Assembly (NCBI GenBank): GCA_052327205.1
Contig: CM126208.1
Location: forward strand, 82,460,001 to 82,524,000
From: Somniosus microcephalus
Lineage: Eukaryota
DNA length: 64,000 nucleotides
Direction of reading: 5' to 3'
Shown here: one piece after another, positions 1 through 13,144 of the stretch
How the letters are laid out: each line of letters starts with the position of its first letter
How positions within the stretch are numbered: the stretch's first letter is position 1
Program-made: the position numbers and the translations under genes
The notes under the pieces: generated by a model
The model's input: only the letters and a program-made list of their open reading frames with translations
Database searches by the model: none
Told to the model about the DNA's origin: nothing

Positions 1-249
1 TAGGAGGAATTTCTTCACCCAGCGAGTGGTGAACCTGTGGAATTCTCTACCACAGAAGGCAGTAGAGGCCAATTCATTAAATATATTCAAGAAGGAGTTG
101 GATATATTTCTTAAGGCTAAAGGGATCAAGGGATATGGGGGAAAGCAGAGACAGGTTACTGAATTTGGATGATCAGCCATGATCGCATTGAATGGTGGAG
201 CAGGCTTGAGGGGCCGAATGGCCTACTCCTGCTCCTATCTTCTATGTTG
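1..249 (+). mobile_element. CR1-type LINE 3' fragment (end of ORF2 and 3' UTR)
   Basis: Encodes ...RNFFTQRVVNLWNSLPQKAVEA..., then the CR1 3' UTR GATCAGCCATGATC...GGGCCGAATGGCCTACTCCTGCTCCTAT. Near-identical to 45765-46000. Confidence 0.85.
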
Positions 250-620
250 ATAGAGATGTTCAAGATTATGACAGATTTGGATAGGCTAGACAGGGAAAGG
301 CTGTTCCCACTAGTTGATGGTACAAGGACTAGGGGACATAGATTTAACGTTTTGGGTAAGAGATTCAGGGGGGATGTGAGGGAAAACTTTTTTACACAGC
401 GAGTGACGAGGACCTGGAACTCGCTGCCGACAGAAGTGGTGGAAGCGGAGACACTCAATTTTTTCAAGTGGAGACTGGATAGGCACTTGAGGGAAATAAA
501 CTTGCATGGCTACGGGGATAGAGCAGGGGAATGGGACTGACTGGATTGCTTTACAGAGAGCCGGCACGAACTCAATGGGCCGAATGGCCTCCTTCTGTGC
601 CGTTATGACTCTATGACTCT
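250..620 (+). mobile_element. Second CR1-type LINE 3' fragment abutting the first
   Basis: C-terminus of ORF 169..540 (TRGHRFNV..FFTQRVTRTWNSLP) is the CR1 ORF2 tail; ends in a (TATGACTC)n tail. Confidence 0.85.
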
Positions 621-709
621 TTTTTTGAAATACTGTTATTACAACTGTAGACAATTAATTAGAATTCCCGCTGCTTCATATGTATTAGACAATCTTTCCT
701 GAGTATTAT

Positions 710-894
710 GGGATAGAAATTTGTCTTGGGCGGCAGTGCAAAACGAGCAGTATCGCTTTGGCTGCCCATTTAAATGCCCTGCTCGATATTCAGTGCTTTG
801 AAATCAATGGAACTGAATATCGGGCAGGGAGTATAATGGCAGCCTATATGATACTGTCCATTTTGCACGAATCCCCAAGACAAATTTCTACCCC
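710..894. mobile_element. Palindromic MITE (non-autonomous TIR element)
   Basis: Terminal inverted repeats TAGAAATTTGTCTTGGG..GTGCAAAA / TTTTGCAC..CCCAAGACAAATTTCTA; related copy at 52753-52905. Confidence 0.7.
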
Positions 895-910
895 TATGCC
901 TTTTTGTGTG

Positions 911-1368
911 TCAGCTGTGGCTCAGTTGGTAGCACCCTTGCCTTTTGAGTCAGGAAGGTTGTGGGTTCATGTTCCACTCCAGAGACTTGAGCACAAAAAT
1001 CTAGGCTGACACTCCAGTGCAGTGCTGAGGGAGCGCTGCACTGTCGGAAATGCTGTCTTTCGGATGAGATGTTAAGCCGAGGCCCCATCTTCCCTCTCAG
1101 GTGGATGGAAAAAATCCCATAGCATTATATCGAAGAAGAGCAGGGGAGTTATCACTGGTGTCCTGGCCAATATTTATCCCTCAAATCAACATCACTAAAA
1201 ACAGATTATCTGACCATTATCATATTGCGGTTTGTGGGAGCTTGCTGTGCGCAAATTGGCAGCTGCGTTTCCAACATTACAACAGTGACTACACTCCAAA
1301 AGTACTGTAAAGCACTTTGGGATGTCCGGTGGTCGTGAAAGGCACTATATAAATGCATTTTTTTTTGT
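911..1368 (+). mobile_element. tRNA-derived Deu-domain SINE (SacSINE1-like)
   Basis: Pol III A box (TGGCTCAGTTGG) and B-box-like GGTTCATGTTCC; central GAAGAAGAGCAGGGGAG..GGTGTCCTGGCCAATATTTATCC block; L2-like tail GTGAAAGGCACTATATAAATGC. Several copies in the window. Confidence 0.75.
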
Positions 1369-1499
1369 TTATTGAATATTACTTATAAATACACAGTACG
1401 ATTGAAAATTGCTATTTTATTTGGGAGGTACCACCGAAGTGCATCAGGAGCAGGGGACATCACACTTTTAAAGTATCTGCATAACCTAAAGAGTGTTGT

Positions 1500-2911
1500 C
1501 CCTTTTGGGCTTTAAGGCAGATAAAGTCAGTGACAGACTGCAGTTCAGCCGGGGTGTTGCCCCTCGTGTTGTGTAGATTGACCCGAGTTGGCTGCAACGG
1601 GTGTTATTTTCTTGTTGTTTTGGGGAAGGTGCTGCTGTTGTTTGGAGCAGGTGGCAGAGCCCAGCAGGTGGGGATTGAGCGCCTGGATCTGCGAGGGCAA
1701 CGGCTTCCCCTGACAGGCGGGGCGAGCGGCGCATCCTGTGTGCAGACACTCACAGCCGGCGCTCAGGGCAAAACCAAGGCGCTCTCTCTCCCCCCTACTA
1801 CCCACCGCCCGAGCTGCGGCCCTTCCAGCTGAACGACTAACCAGTATTAGCTTTTATGGTGAAGGCACCTTGGTGAAGTCCTTCGTCTGGCCCATGTAGT
1901 CGAGGTACTGTGCAAATAAGGTGCATATTATACATAGAACAACATGTACGATTTGGGGTCAGTTGAACTTTCAGGTGTTAAAACCCGTACATTGTATTTT
2001 GCATGCAAAAAATTGGGAGCGGAAAATGTAGCAGCTGTGTTTCGTATGGTGTAGCTAGTTGAATGTCGTGAGAGAGAAAAAAAAACCTAGCAGACTGGAA
2101 ATAAGCCAGCAGAAGGGAGATTATGATGCCGATCTCAGAGTAGCTGGATTCTGGAAGTCCCGTTTTAATAGCAGATCGCGATAAGACACAGGGAGAGAAG
2201 CCAGGAGCTCTCGGCTGTAGCAGATGGCAGAGAAGGAAAGTATTTGAGCCGAGCCCGAATGCAGCAGCAGCCCTTCCCTTTGAGCTCTCGGCAGCCGGGC
2301 TTGGGGAAAGCATCACCAGCGATCAAGCTGCACACAAGACACGCACACACAGCCCTCAAACAGAGAGAGTGGGAGAGCAAGAGACACTCTGCCAGTTTAT
2401 TGTTAACATATACTTGACCTCCTGACCCCTTCACGACACAGATGTCTGCTCTACCTCTTTCAACTCCCCCTGGCTAAACCCCACCCACCCCGCACCTGGG
2501 GAGCGAGTTACCAGCGCCAGCCGGCTTTGCAGGCAGGACTCTCTTCAGTACAACTGCTCGCTGCTAACGAGAGTATCTATCCGGCCGGGCACATCTACGG
2601 AGGGCGGCTGCCTGGAGTTTGTCTTCTGATCTGACATCGTGACGATCGATCCTGGTGGCCTGCAAACATCCAAAGGAGGCAACTCGTTTGTATTTTTTAA
2701 AAAAAAGCAAAACAGTTTGTTTTCCCCCTTGCCCCTGAAGTTTGCAATAGTCCTTCTTGTTTGGGGAGATCTGAAGTTTTCAGTATTTTCTTCAGTTGGT
2801 GCTGAGTTTTACGTGTGGACGGATCTGCTTGGCTGCAGGGAGAAACTTGCATTTTTCCTTATTTGTTTTGTGGCCGAGGTCTGGAACTTCTATAACTTAA
2901 TAAATAGGCGA
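1500..2911 (+). promoter_or_regulatory. RUNX1T1: GC/CpG-enriched upstream promoter and 5' UTR region of RUNX1T1
   Basis: Locally GC- and CpG-rich against an AT-rich background, directly upstream of an ATG-bearing exon with a canonical donor. The TSS cannot be determined. Confidence 0.55.
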
Positions 2912-2939
2912 ATGGTTGGAATCTCTGGATCTTATCAAC
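2912..2939 (+). CDS. RUNX1T1: RUNX1T1 alternative first coding exon (MVGISGSYQ + phase-1 C)
   Basis: ATG GTT GGA ATC TCT GGA TCT TAT CAA C|gtaagt; joins exon 28622 in frame as [21 protein letters not shown]. Resembles MVG-type N-termini of the MTG family. Confidence 0.8.
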
Positions 2940-5900
2940 GTAAGTGTGGTTCGCAGCATTTGCCTTCCTATTACTGATATCTTCCCCCGGTGTTAATTTA
3001 GGGCATCTGCGTATTTAAGCAGCAAGTTATTAGTTAAACGGATGCAATTGTAGCGACGTTCTCGTCTTTTGAGCTGTGACATTTGTTTTCATTTTTGGAA
3101 TGCAAATTGTATAAATTTGATTTAAATGATTGACCCAGTTATTTGAAGAGAGGCATTAAACACGAGACATACAGGTTGCTGTTAAAATGATAATGCAAGC
3201 TATAATAAAAAGCTTACACATTGTATAGCGTGAACAGGATTGTGCACTTTTAGATTAATTACCTCTATTTAACAGTTGGAGTTTCACTTGACCTTCGTCC
3301 TTCTGTCAAAACAATTGTCTCATTCATATTAGAATTTTCCAAAAATCAGAAAGTTCACTTACTTGGAAGTATGATGAAATATGATGTATGGATCATCAAT
3401 TAATTCATTTGATCTTTGTAGTGATTTGATTTGATCTATTAACCAGTATTTAACTTGCTTGTCGATGGGCATTTGTTGGTCTATTTTCAGCACTTAATCC
3501 TGTTATCTAGGAAGCTTTACATCTGGCTTTGTTTTGGAACGGCTACAATTATGTGATCTAGTAATATGAGAAAGGGGCATGAGGGGAAATGGCTCCACCT
3601 GGAGAGTGAGTTGCAGGGCAGTCAGCTCTGACCACCCTTTCCTGTCAAATCCTGTTTTCCCCTTATACAGGAGATGCATTCTAAATGCAGAGCGTTCAAT
3701 GCAAAGCCCAATTCATTAAAATTCTTAGTGACTGCATCACTTGTGAGCAGCTCAAACTGAAAGAAAGTTAGCATCTGCAGTTTTGCATTTGAAAACAGTA
3801 GCTGTCACAATTGTCAGTTTCATCTTTTGATTCACTTTGATGATTTTCCCAATGCAGTTCATTAATGGAGATCTTTCAGTTGTTAAATGGAAGGTTAATA
3901 TATTGTTTTGAGCTTTGGATTTCAATTAAAAAGCTTGGTCTTTGTTCTGTGGGAACTTGTCATGTGCTGTGATCAAGATGCCTTATCAGTTAAATAAAAG
4001 GTGACTTAGTACTTGCATGTTGGGGAGGCTGGTTCTCATGAGCACTAGCAGGAGATACATGTGGATAAACAATTGATGTTTGTGGTTTGGCAAAATGTGA
4101 ACATTAGTTTGCACAAATTCATGAGCATATTTTTATTATTGTATATCAGATATGTCCAACTGTTAGTTACACTTTACTAGAAACATCATAAAATTTAAAT
4201 AAATATAGAGAATACTTATTTTGAAATTCACGACTAGTTGCATATTCAACCGTTTCCTTTGAAAGGCTTTTTTTTTGTTTGGCCTAATCAAAGCCTTGCT
4301 TAAATTAACTCCAGTTTTGTGTATAAGAACATCTTTATTAATTTTCTTTTAACATAGTTATGGTACTGGAATTCCTTTTATGTACAAGTGCATTTTTGGG
4401 GGTTTTGGAAAAGGAGCCTGTTTCCCACTTGTCGCACCCAGAAACATTTCCATGAAGTTTGTTTTTGTTTCTTTTGGTGATAAAATAATTGCTGGCCACA
4501 GGGACATGAAAATAGTCGAGTTTTATTCCTACACTAAATTCTCACTTAACTGTTCAATGTCAGGAAGCAATTGCATATAGGACACAAATCTTAACCCACC
4601 AGCAGTGGTCCTTTACTGATCTTTCTTTCATCAGTGTGAGACACTCGTGAAAGAAGATTCACACTACGTTACCATTGCAGGTAAATTTGCTTTTGTCTTA
4701 TCTATAGTTTATTCCAAATTTATGAATGAAATAGAACTTTTTAAAATGATCACTTTCAATAGTGCACCATGCAGTATTGGTTGGAGAAATCTATTCTAAC
4801 ATTGAGGTTTCTCCACTTTGAGGTGAAAGCTCTAATCATTTCTTCCTGCATGGCATTTTGGATCCAATGACACGACTGTAGTTTGTTGGAACTCTAGCTA
4901 TGCCATATAACACACAACAGCATTTTGATGTATATAAATACTGCATGTTATGAGCCAGTGCAGAGTACAAAGATGTAATTGGGTCCAGAATTTACTACAG
5001 GAAGAAGGAACAGCATCCCCTAGTGAGAATACAGTGTTGGAAGTAGTACTTCTTCAGAACACAGCAATATAACATTTGAACCATGATTGTATTTGTGAGA
5101 CTACTATTTGGCATTTACCATTTTATATAAAAAAGTTATCTCTTCAACAAATTCAATAGCTACATAGGTTTGTAATCATTAAGGAATCTGTGAAATGGAT
5201 CTAGTATGCAAGAATTTGAGTTTTAATCAAGAAATAATGCATATGTGCTGAAATTAAAATTGAATTTTGCTTAAGCTTTAATAACAATGACATGCTATAG
5301 TAAATTTTATCTAATTTTTATATTTTTATTTATACTTCTATAAAATGAGGAAAGAGCATGTTTTCTAAGTGATTAAAACACACGATAATGATTTTAATAT
5401 CACTACATATTTTTATATGTTTTATATGCCTTATTAACGTCACATTGGTTAGGTTTGAGTTTGGTCATTTAACTGAGGAAACATCAGTTCAATTTGTTAT
5501 GGGTAATTGTATGTGCTAAGTGTTGAGTAGGGTTATTTACATGGTGTTCAAACAGAACAAGACACTTTGCCCAACTTCAGTAGCCATCTGTAAGTGTAGA
5601 GGGCTTGCACCTGTCAGTCCACACTAATTATAGATTAGGGTCAAAGAAATGAAATATGAGCAGTTGCTGTCGATGATTACTCCAACTCTTCTAGAAAATG
5701 ATTATTTGTGATGTACATGTTTATTTTCAGAAAAAAAACACTATGGCTATATGATAATTATGTAAAAATTTTTAATGCTCATTCCATTTTGAGGTTAATG
5801 TTTTTGGCAATACATGCAAAAACTTCTTCTAATAAAAGCTGCTACTGTAATCCTAAAACTCAAGGAAATCATTTGTCTGGGGAAAAGCTGTTCTCACAAG

Positions 5901-6304
5901 GTCACTTTTTTCAGTTGAATATTATTTTAGTCTGTCGTGTCCACAGTCATATCAATGAGCCTTCCATGTTATTGGATTAGTTGAGGATTTGTGACAGACC
6001 CCTTTTATCTGCCATATTCATAGTGGTGCCAAGCTTTTCATCAGCTCCTTTTTTATTACAGTTCTGCTTTTCCACTCACATTATGGCAATGTGCTCTCAC
6101 AATTTGAGCAGCTTTCCACCAGGTGACAGGTGTCCTGCCCGGCTGCAGTTGGCCGGGAGTCCATTTTCTGTAATCCTCAGTCCGTGTTTTCCCTTTGAGT
6201 TGCCAATTAACTTCTCACACACCCTCTGTTTATTTTCCTGGATCCATCTGGGCTGAGCTGATATTGTAATCACTCTAATGCACATTGCCTTCCCTTCACA
6301 CACA

Positions 6305-6399
6305 ATGTGCCATCATGACGAGCCTTTTATTTTAGATAAGCCGAGGAAGTGTGTTTAATGAATACAAACCCGTTGTGCTGGTGTGCACTCTGCCAGAAG
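6305..6399 (+). other. RUNX1T1: Homolog of the MCH-type alternative first exon of RUNX1T1, frame-disrupted
   Basis: MCHHDEPFILDK.. then, one base out of frame, SVFNEYKPVVLVCTLPE + G|gtaatc. Matches my recall of the human isoform N-terminus MCHPDKAFTSDKLQCVFNEYK...LPE. Confidence 0.65.
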
Positions 6400-9300
6400 G
6401 TAATCTCCATGAATAGGTGCTTTCAGTATTTGGAGGAGATGCATAAGTCGATAAGGCTGGGAGTGAAGATGTAACCTGTTATCTGCTGCTCCTCTTGCTG
6501 GCAGTGAATTTACATTTAAAGATTAACACTGAAGAAAAGCTGCCTTTTGACAAGGTTAGGTATCATTCCTGGTCTTGACAGTATCTGACATCACCTAAAC
6601 CATTTCTGCAGGACTTCTAAAGGTGAGATTACCAGAGTCGTTATCTTTAATTGGGTTTAGCATGCCATCTCGGACTGCTTTCTGTAGTGTAGAACTAAGT
6701 ACTGGGAGATGATAATGGAGAACAAAGGATTATTTATTGATGTGGCTTTATAACCATTAGAATACTAAAGAATATGGTCAGGGTAATGACTTGATTTGCT
6801 ATTTCATTATGTGTAAATTGCCTGAAAATAGTCTTGCCTCTCACAGAAAAACCAATAAAGCTCTTGAATGAAGAGGCAGAAAGCCTTTGTCTTTTATTTT
6901 TGATGGCATACATTTGATAGAACTCGCTCTCTTGTGTTGTCTGCTAGTGAAGCTGAAGAGACCAGTGTGGGTTTGTTTAAATATAGGTAATGGTGCACTA
7001 ACACCATACAACACATGTAAAAATGTTTATATCCCTGGATGTATTCCAATTCAGCAAATAGAATGAAATAAAGCTTAGTTGAGATTTGTTTTTTGCATGG
7101 AGTAAGTATTTTTATTTTAGGGGAGAATTACAACTAGTCAATAGGTCGAGACAATAGAAACCATTATTTACTTCTGAGCATATTGACATTTTGTGTTTGT
7201 GACTGGCTCGGTGTGTGATGAGATATTTTAGGATCTCACTGGTTACAGTACACAAATATTGCTGTAACTGACCTTTATGTCCTTAGACAACCCATTTGAT
7301 GTTTGCAGATTCTTCCTAGGGGGGTATTATTTAAACAAGGGTATTACATTACACAAGATGCAAATATGTGGCCTTGTAACAATTTAAAGCTTCTTTAATC
7401 ATTCCTTGTATTTTATTATGCAATAAAAGTGACGATGGAAATTTAAAGCCTAATGTAATGCTGGCCTGTCTGAATCATGTGTCTTGTAATTGTTGGTATG
7501 CGGGCGACTTTTAAGAATGTTCGAGACTGAGGTTTGTATGATTTTCATGAAATTGTTTTGCTTCTGTTTGATCAGCAGGTGCTGCTGAGATGAAAGCCAT
7601 GTGCAAATTATTTCAAGGATAAAAAGTGTCGATTAAAAATGAATGTGATAAAAGAAAGAGCAATCCGTTTTCTGTTTTCAATTTGTGCAAAGTTTGAAGA
7701 GCTATTCTGCTAAACTGCCACATCTGTTCCTTTTTGAATATTGCAGTACATCCCCCTATAAATAAAGTGCTTTTTATTGGTCTAAATAGCCTGAGTTTTC
7801 AAAATGGCCAAAAATATATTCTGAAGAATCCTGATTGTAATTTGTCTCTCCATGGTATTTTCCTTTTACCAATTATTGATAATTATGGAGAGAATCTGAA
7901 GGTGGTGGTAGCACTTTTTTTTAAAGACAAAATATGCTACTGTAATTTGTTTGAAATGATGCATTTAACTGTGTGCCAATACTGAGGCTGAAAGTAGATA
8001 CCAGAATTATTTATTTATTTTGTTTGGGTTTTAAAGTGGCATACTTTCCAGCTTTTAAAATGGATTCCACTCTTGACATACCTTATTGGAAGCACATGAG
8101 CAGCATGTGTCTTACAGCATTCACCTACTGTATCTTTACACAGTTTTATTGAATTTCATGACTTCGCGCAAATAGAGCTGAGAGTAAAAGCAGCTGACTC
8201 TGAAATCTCATTTCCCCAACAAGCATTCTGCAGTTTAGTAAATAAAGTTTTAATTTTTCACCTTTTGAATAGCTTGTAAACTCCATAATGTCGCACAATT
8301 TCCCAGTTTAAAAAAAATCTATATTAAAATTTCAGCATTTTCACATTCGCAAAGTTTGCACGCACTTTTACTCAGCGATACAAACAAAACTTTTTGTTTT
8401 AGAAATAAAGAGAAAGATGTGGTGCGTTTTGCACTGAAAGGTGATGAGGGTGGGTGAAAAATGTTAATAATGTAACCCACTATGTGATAAATTAATTCTG
8501 AAAAGTAAATGTCCTCTAAAATAGCAAACCCCAGTGAGCTGGAGGGCACTTGCTGAAGAATTGCCTTGGTAGTTTGCTGCAGAGTCCACTGATTGCATTA
8601 GTAATGCAGTTTAAAATCATCATCACAACAGTGAACTGTGCAGGTACAATTCAAATACTTGTAGAAATATTCTGAAAGGAGGAGGAAGGTTTGGTGGGAT
8701 CCATCAGACCAAAGCAATATAAAGAAAAATTACAATATTCTCGTGTTTAATTGTTATTGAGTTGCCTGAAGGCTTTTTAAAACTTGGTTTGCTACATTGC
8801 TTTCATGGTCAGACGCTCAGCAGATGAAATCAGAAAATCATGTTTGCAGCTGGGCAATTACAATGGTGCCCAAGATCTGTGACTATCGAGCATGAACGCA
8901 GATGCCTTCAAAGTTATATTTTCTTGCATGTGGAGGTTGTTGGCATGAAACAGATGCCTTCATTTTTTTTTGAGAAGTCAGCCTGTGGATATAATTGGTT
9001 CTCTCTTCCCATCCTCCAGGGAGAGTCTCTCACAGATGAAATCAGATGAGAAAAATTTTGCACAAAGCAAACGTATTCATGGTTTAAGCACCCTGTGCTG
9101 CAGACACAGTCAATGACTAGATTCCTCATATTTATGGAACAAGAAATAAGAGTGTGTGTACAATTTTTTTTCAATTTTATTCCTGTAATAAAAAAAATCA
9201 ATTTGGTGTTACTGTAGCGAATATGTATACGCATCTGCACTAAATTGTATATATAATAGTGCGGATGATTTTAAAGCCCTTGTTTGACAAAGCAAAGCTT

Positions 9301-10104
9301 TTCCAAAATGAGTGCATTTTAGCATATGGTTGGAATCAATCAAAAAATATCTTGTGTGTGCAACTGATTACATTACCATCTGTCATAAAATGTCCTCAGT
9401 TGGCATCTTTTTTTTTACATAATGTCAGAACCACAAGAACCATTTTATGAAAAAAAACAATGATAGGCTGTTTCTTTATAGTAAGGGAAACTTGGGCTTG
9501 GTTCTCAGATAAACATATGGTTTTCATCATTTCACGAGCTGGTAAGAAAAATGGTTCTGTTTTTTGTTGGAATGATAACATTTCAATTTGCTCCATTTGC
9601 TGACTAATATCTAGTCCATTTTATGGCCTACAGTATTTACATTTTTATATTACAACATATTAAAGTAAAAGTCTAGGGGATAGAATTCCACAAGTTGATC
9701 ATTTTAGTGGAAAATGTCATCATTTCCTGTTTTGTGCTCACCAACTTTTTTGGTAAAATTATTGACATCAGGCATTCATTCCCTTAGTTATTTACTCTAG
9801 TTTGGCAATTCCACAAGTAATTTGTGCTACATTTAAATTGTGAAACTGTTTCTACTTGAAGCAACTTGGCAATCTATTTTGGTTCCTTGTGCTCTGGAAT
9901 TTGCCTCATTTGCATTGTGGGGTGGATACCAGAATGCTGGCAGCAGCACTGCAACAACTGAACATTACATTGCTCAGAATTTGGAATTATAAAGTGGTAA
10001 TTTTTCTCTCCTGGATATTTCTTGATGTTTACCATACGAGGTGCGGTACCTTTCACAATACACAAAAAAAACACATTTCTCAAAGTGGTACTTTGTGTGG
10101 CCAG

Positions 10105-10388
10105 GGCCAATAGAATCATAGAACTTGCAGCACAGAAAGAACCCATTCAACTTGTTGCTTCTGTGTTGCTGCTACTACATTGGAGCTATTTACTCCTAAT
10201 CCTTTTTTTCTGCTCTATCTACATTATTCTTTATATTCTTCTTCATGATTTTTCCAAAACCAAGCTACATGATGTGATCGTACCTGCCTCAATAGCCACT
10301 TGTAGTAATAAACCTCTGCATGAAAAAAATAATCTAACATTCCTCTTTGTCCTTCTAGTGACAATGCTCAGTCTATGCCCGCTTGTTA
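10105..10388 (-). mobile_element. Degraded CR1 3' fragment
   Basis: Starts with the AGAATCATAGAA..CAGCACAGAA tail (reverse strand); decayed ORF2-end sequence. Confidence 0.55.
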
Positions 10389-10389
10389 A

Positions 10390-10770
10390 AGAAAGGAAAA
10401 ACTTGCATTTATATACCACCTTTCATGTTCTCGGGACATCCCAAAGTGCTTTAAACAAATGCAACCATTATGTACTCAAACACATAAGCCAATTTGTACA
10501 CAGCAAGGTCCCACTAACAGAAAATGAATGAATGACAAGATAATCTGTTCTTGGCTGAGGGAGGAATGTTGGCTAGGACACTAGGACAATCCCCTGTCCT
10601 CCTTTAAATAATACTTGGAATCTTTTATGCCCACCTGAGTAGGCAGATAGGACTTTGCTTTAAGGCCTCATCTGCAAGACAGCACTTCCACAGTACTGCA
10701 CTGAAGTGTGAGCCTAGATTATCAAGGGGCTTGAATCCACAAACCACTGATTTAAAGGCAAGGTTCTCTG
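10390..10770 (-). mobile_element. Degraded Deu-domain SINE
   Basis: Reverse complement of the SINE at 911 (CTTGCATTTATA tail; ATAATCTG; GCACTGAAGTGTGAGCCTAGA). Confidence 0.65.
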
Positions 10771-11091
10771 GACTGAGACAAGCTGGCATTCAGCAATTTC
10801 CCAACCAGTGGAAACAACCGTTCAATGTTTACCCTCATGATTTACTAACCAGTGGAAACAATCTTTCATTGTTTACCCTCTCGAAATGCTTCATAATTCT
10901 ATCAGCGTTGCCTTATTTTCACTGCTATGGAGTTGGGATGGTTTACGTAGTAGTGATATAACAGAAATGGAGCAATGGGCACCCAGCCACTACAATAGTG
11001 TGAATAGTAATTGTAACCTAGTCTGTTCTATTTAAGTTTTATGAAAGCTGAAGCTTTCTTTTCATTTATGTGGAGGTTGTTCTGTTAATTC

Positions 11092-11572
11092 CTAGGTTGT
11101 TCTATTGATTCCTGGGATGAGAGGGTTGTCCTATGAGGAGAGATTGAGTAGATTGGGCCTATACTCTCTGGAGTTTAGAAGAATGAAAGGTGATCTCATT
11201 GAAACATAAGATTCTGAGGGGGATTGACAGGAAAGATGCTGAGAGGTTGTTTCCCCTGGCTGGAGAGTCTAGAACTAGGGGGCATAGTCTAAGGATAAGG
11301 GGTCAGCCTTTTAAGACTGAGATGAGGAATTTCTTCACTCAGAGGGTTGTGAACCTTTGGAATTCTCTACCCAAAAAAGCTGTGGATGCTGAGTCGTTGA
11401 GTGTATTCAAGGCTGAGAGAGAGAGATTTTTGGACTCTAGGAGAATCAAGGGATATGGGGATAGGGCAGGAAAGTGGAGTTGAGGTCAAAGATCAGCCAT
11501 GATCTTATTGAATGGCGGAGCAGGCTCGAGGGGCCGTATGGCCATCTCCTGATCCTAATTCTTATGGTCTTA
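11092..11572 (+). mobile_element. CR1 LINE 3' fragment
   Basis: ORF 11190..11483 (ESRTRGHSLRIRG..FFTQRVVNLWNSLP) plus the CR1 3' UTR. Confidence 0.85.
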
Positions 11573-13144
11573 AGTGCATAAGACCATAATGGTAATTTTC
11601 TTAATTGTATAGTCTTGCAGTCTACACCCTTCATTGTCACCAGTGCAAATGCTAAACTATTAATTGCTCATTTGTCTCCTAGCTTCTAGATGGTATAAAC
11701 ATTATTCTTGACTTGTTCTGTTGTAAACATAAATTTTAGATTTTGTTTTGCATATCTGTGTACGTATATATGTACCTTTTCTTGAGTGTACACCCGGACA
11801 AGTCATTAGGACTGATATTGTAAATTTTTTTTTACAATTGTAACAATGTACAGTGTGGCAAGAATGGTTAGTGTTCTGTCGGTACTAAAGGAACTCATTG
11901 TCATGAGATAAAGGAAGATCATGTGCTTTTGTAGTCGATTATATTTAAAGATAAATATATGGGTTGCTTTACAGTGAACCACAGTGATTCGAATCCAGTT
12001 TAGTTGTACTGCAGTAGTCAAATAAAATTCTGAGAAGTTAAACAATTTTGGACTACCTATTTTAAGATTTTGCGCACTATCTTATATTCCTACTAAGTCA
12101 CTGCAATTGCTGCTTTTTTCCTCTGGGAAGCAGCATGAGATGCTTTTCTACTTTAAAGATGCTATATAAATGCAAATTGTTGTTATGGGACTGTGCATGT
12201 GTGCGTGTTTACATGAGCACATGAAACTTCAATGATCATGTATATACATCAGTGCTAAAAATTTAGATGGAAAAATACCTATCTGGAAGACCAGAAGTAT
12301 TCAAAGTTGGAAACTGGTCACTTGTGTTTACATCATAGACACATGTTTCAGGGACACATGTGTTTGAGTATTGTGTATGGTCTTGAGACAGCTCAGTCTG
12401 GAAATGTTTCTGTTTCACAATAAAGTCTAAAGTTAATTGTGCTTTTTGTATTGATCAAATGTAAATCCCAGATAATGCTGGCTTTGTTTACCAACAGAAG
12501 TGAAAGTTAGATGAGATTTATTCCCATCTGTAAAATCAGGGAAGCATCCTAATTATGAGAGGGAGGGTATAGTTTATTATCTGGTTGTGATCTAAGCCTT
12601 TTTTTGTCAGGCTAAAGATTGATATCCAGGCTAGAGGCCAAAGTCATCTATAGCCAGAAAAAGACGTAGGAAATTAGCCAAGGACTGGCAGAAAGCAGTC
12701 TGGTCTAAACAGCAAAACAATTGGAATTCATCAAGTAGAATAGGAAGGCCGGTGAAATGGAGAAAGGAACTTTCATTTGAATAGAGCTATGGGGAGATAG
12801 CCAAAAATGTGACTTTGTGTCTTCAGCTGCTATTTCTGACTCCGGGCATTGTCTCCCAAGAGCTCTTATCTCAAATTCCTGGATATGAACTTCTTACTTC
12901 CTAAAAATGAACAAAACAAAGAGCAGCAAAATAAAAGCAGATGCTGTTGTGAATAACAGTTATGTTTCTTCTGCAGTTAATTTTTTTTAACAGTACAACT
13001 TCTGGAACTATATTTTTTAATGTAAAATGCATCACTTTTTTAAAAGCTGTTATTTGCCAGTTTAAAAAGTTCACCTTCTATTCAGACAAACTGTCAATCA
13101 TCCCCCTAAGTTTTGTTGTAATGAAAATAAAATTTGTGCTGGTA

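Noticed and set aside
911-985. tRNA-like sequence
   Set aside because: It is the head of a multi-copy SINE, with no intact cloverleaf.
1486-2434. Overlapping ORFs on both strands in the GC-rich region
   Set aside because: Expected in stop-poor promoter DNA; no homology recognised.
6612-6622. 11-nt micro-exon (ctgcag|GACTTCTAAAG|gtgaga)
   Set aside because: The donor is good but the tract is weak, the frame is not preserved, and there is no independent support.
10022-10531. 169-aa hydrophobic ORF
   Set aside because: Runs across the antisense strands of a decayed CR1 and a SINE.
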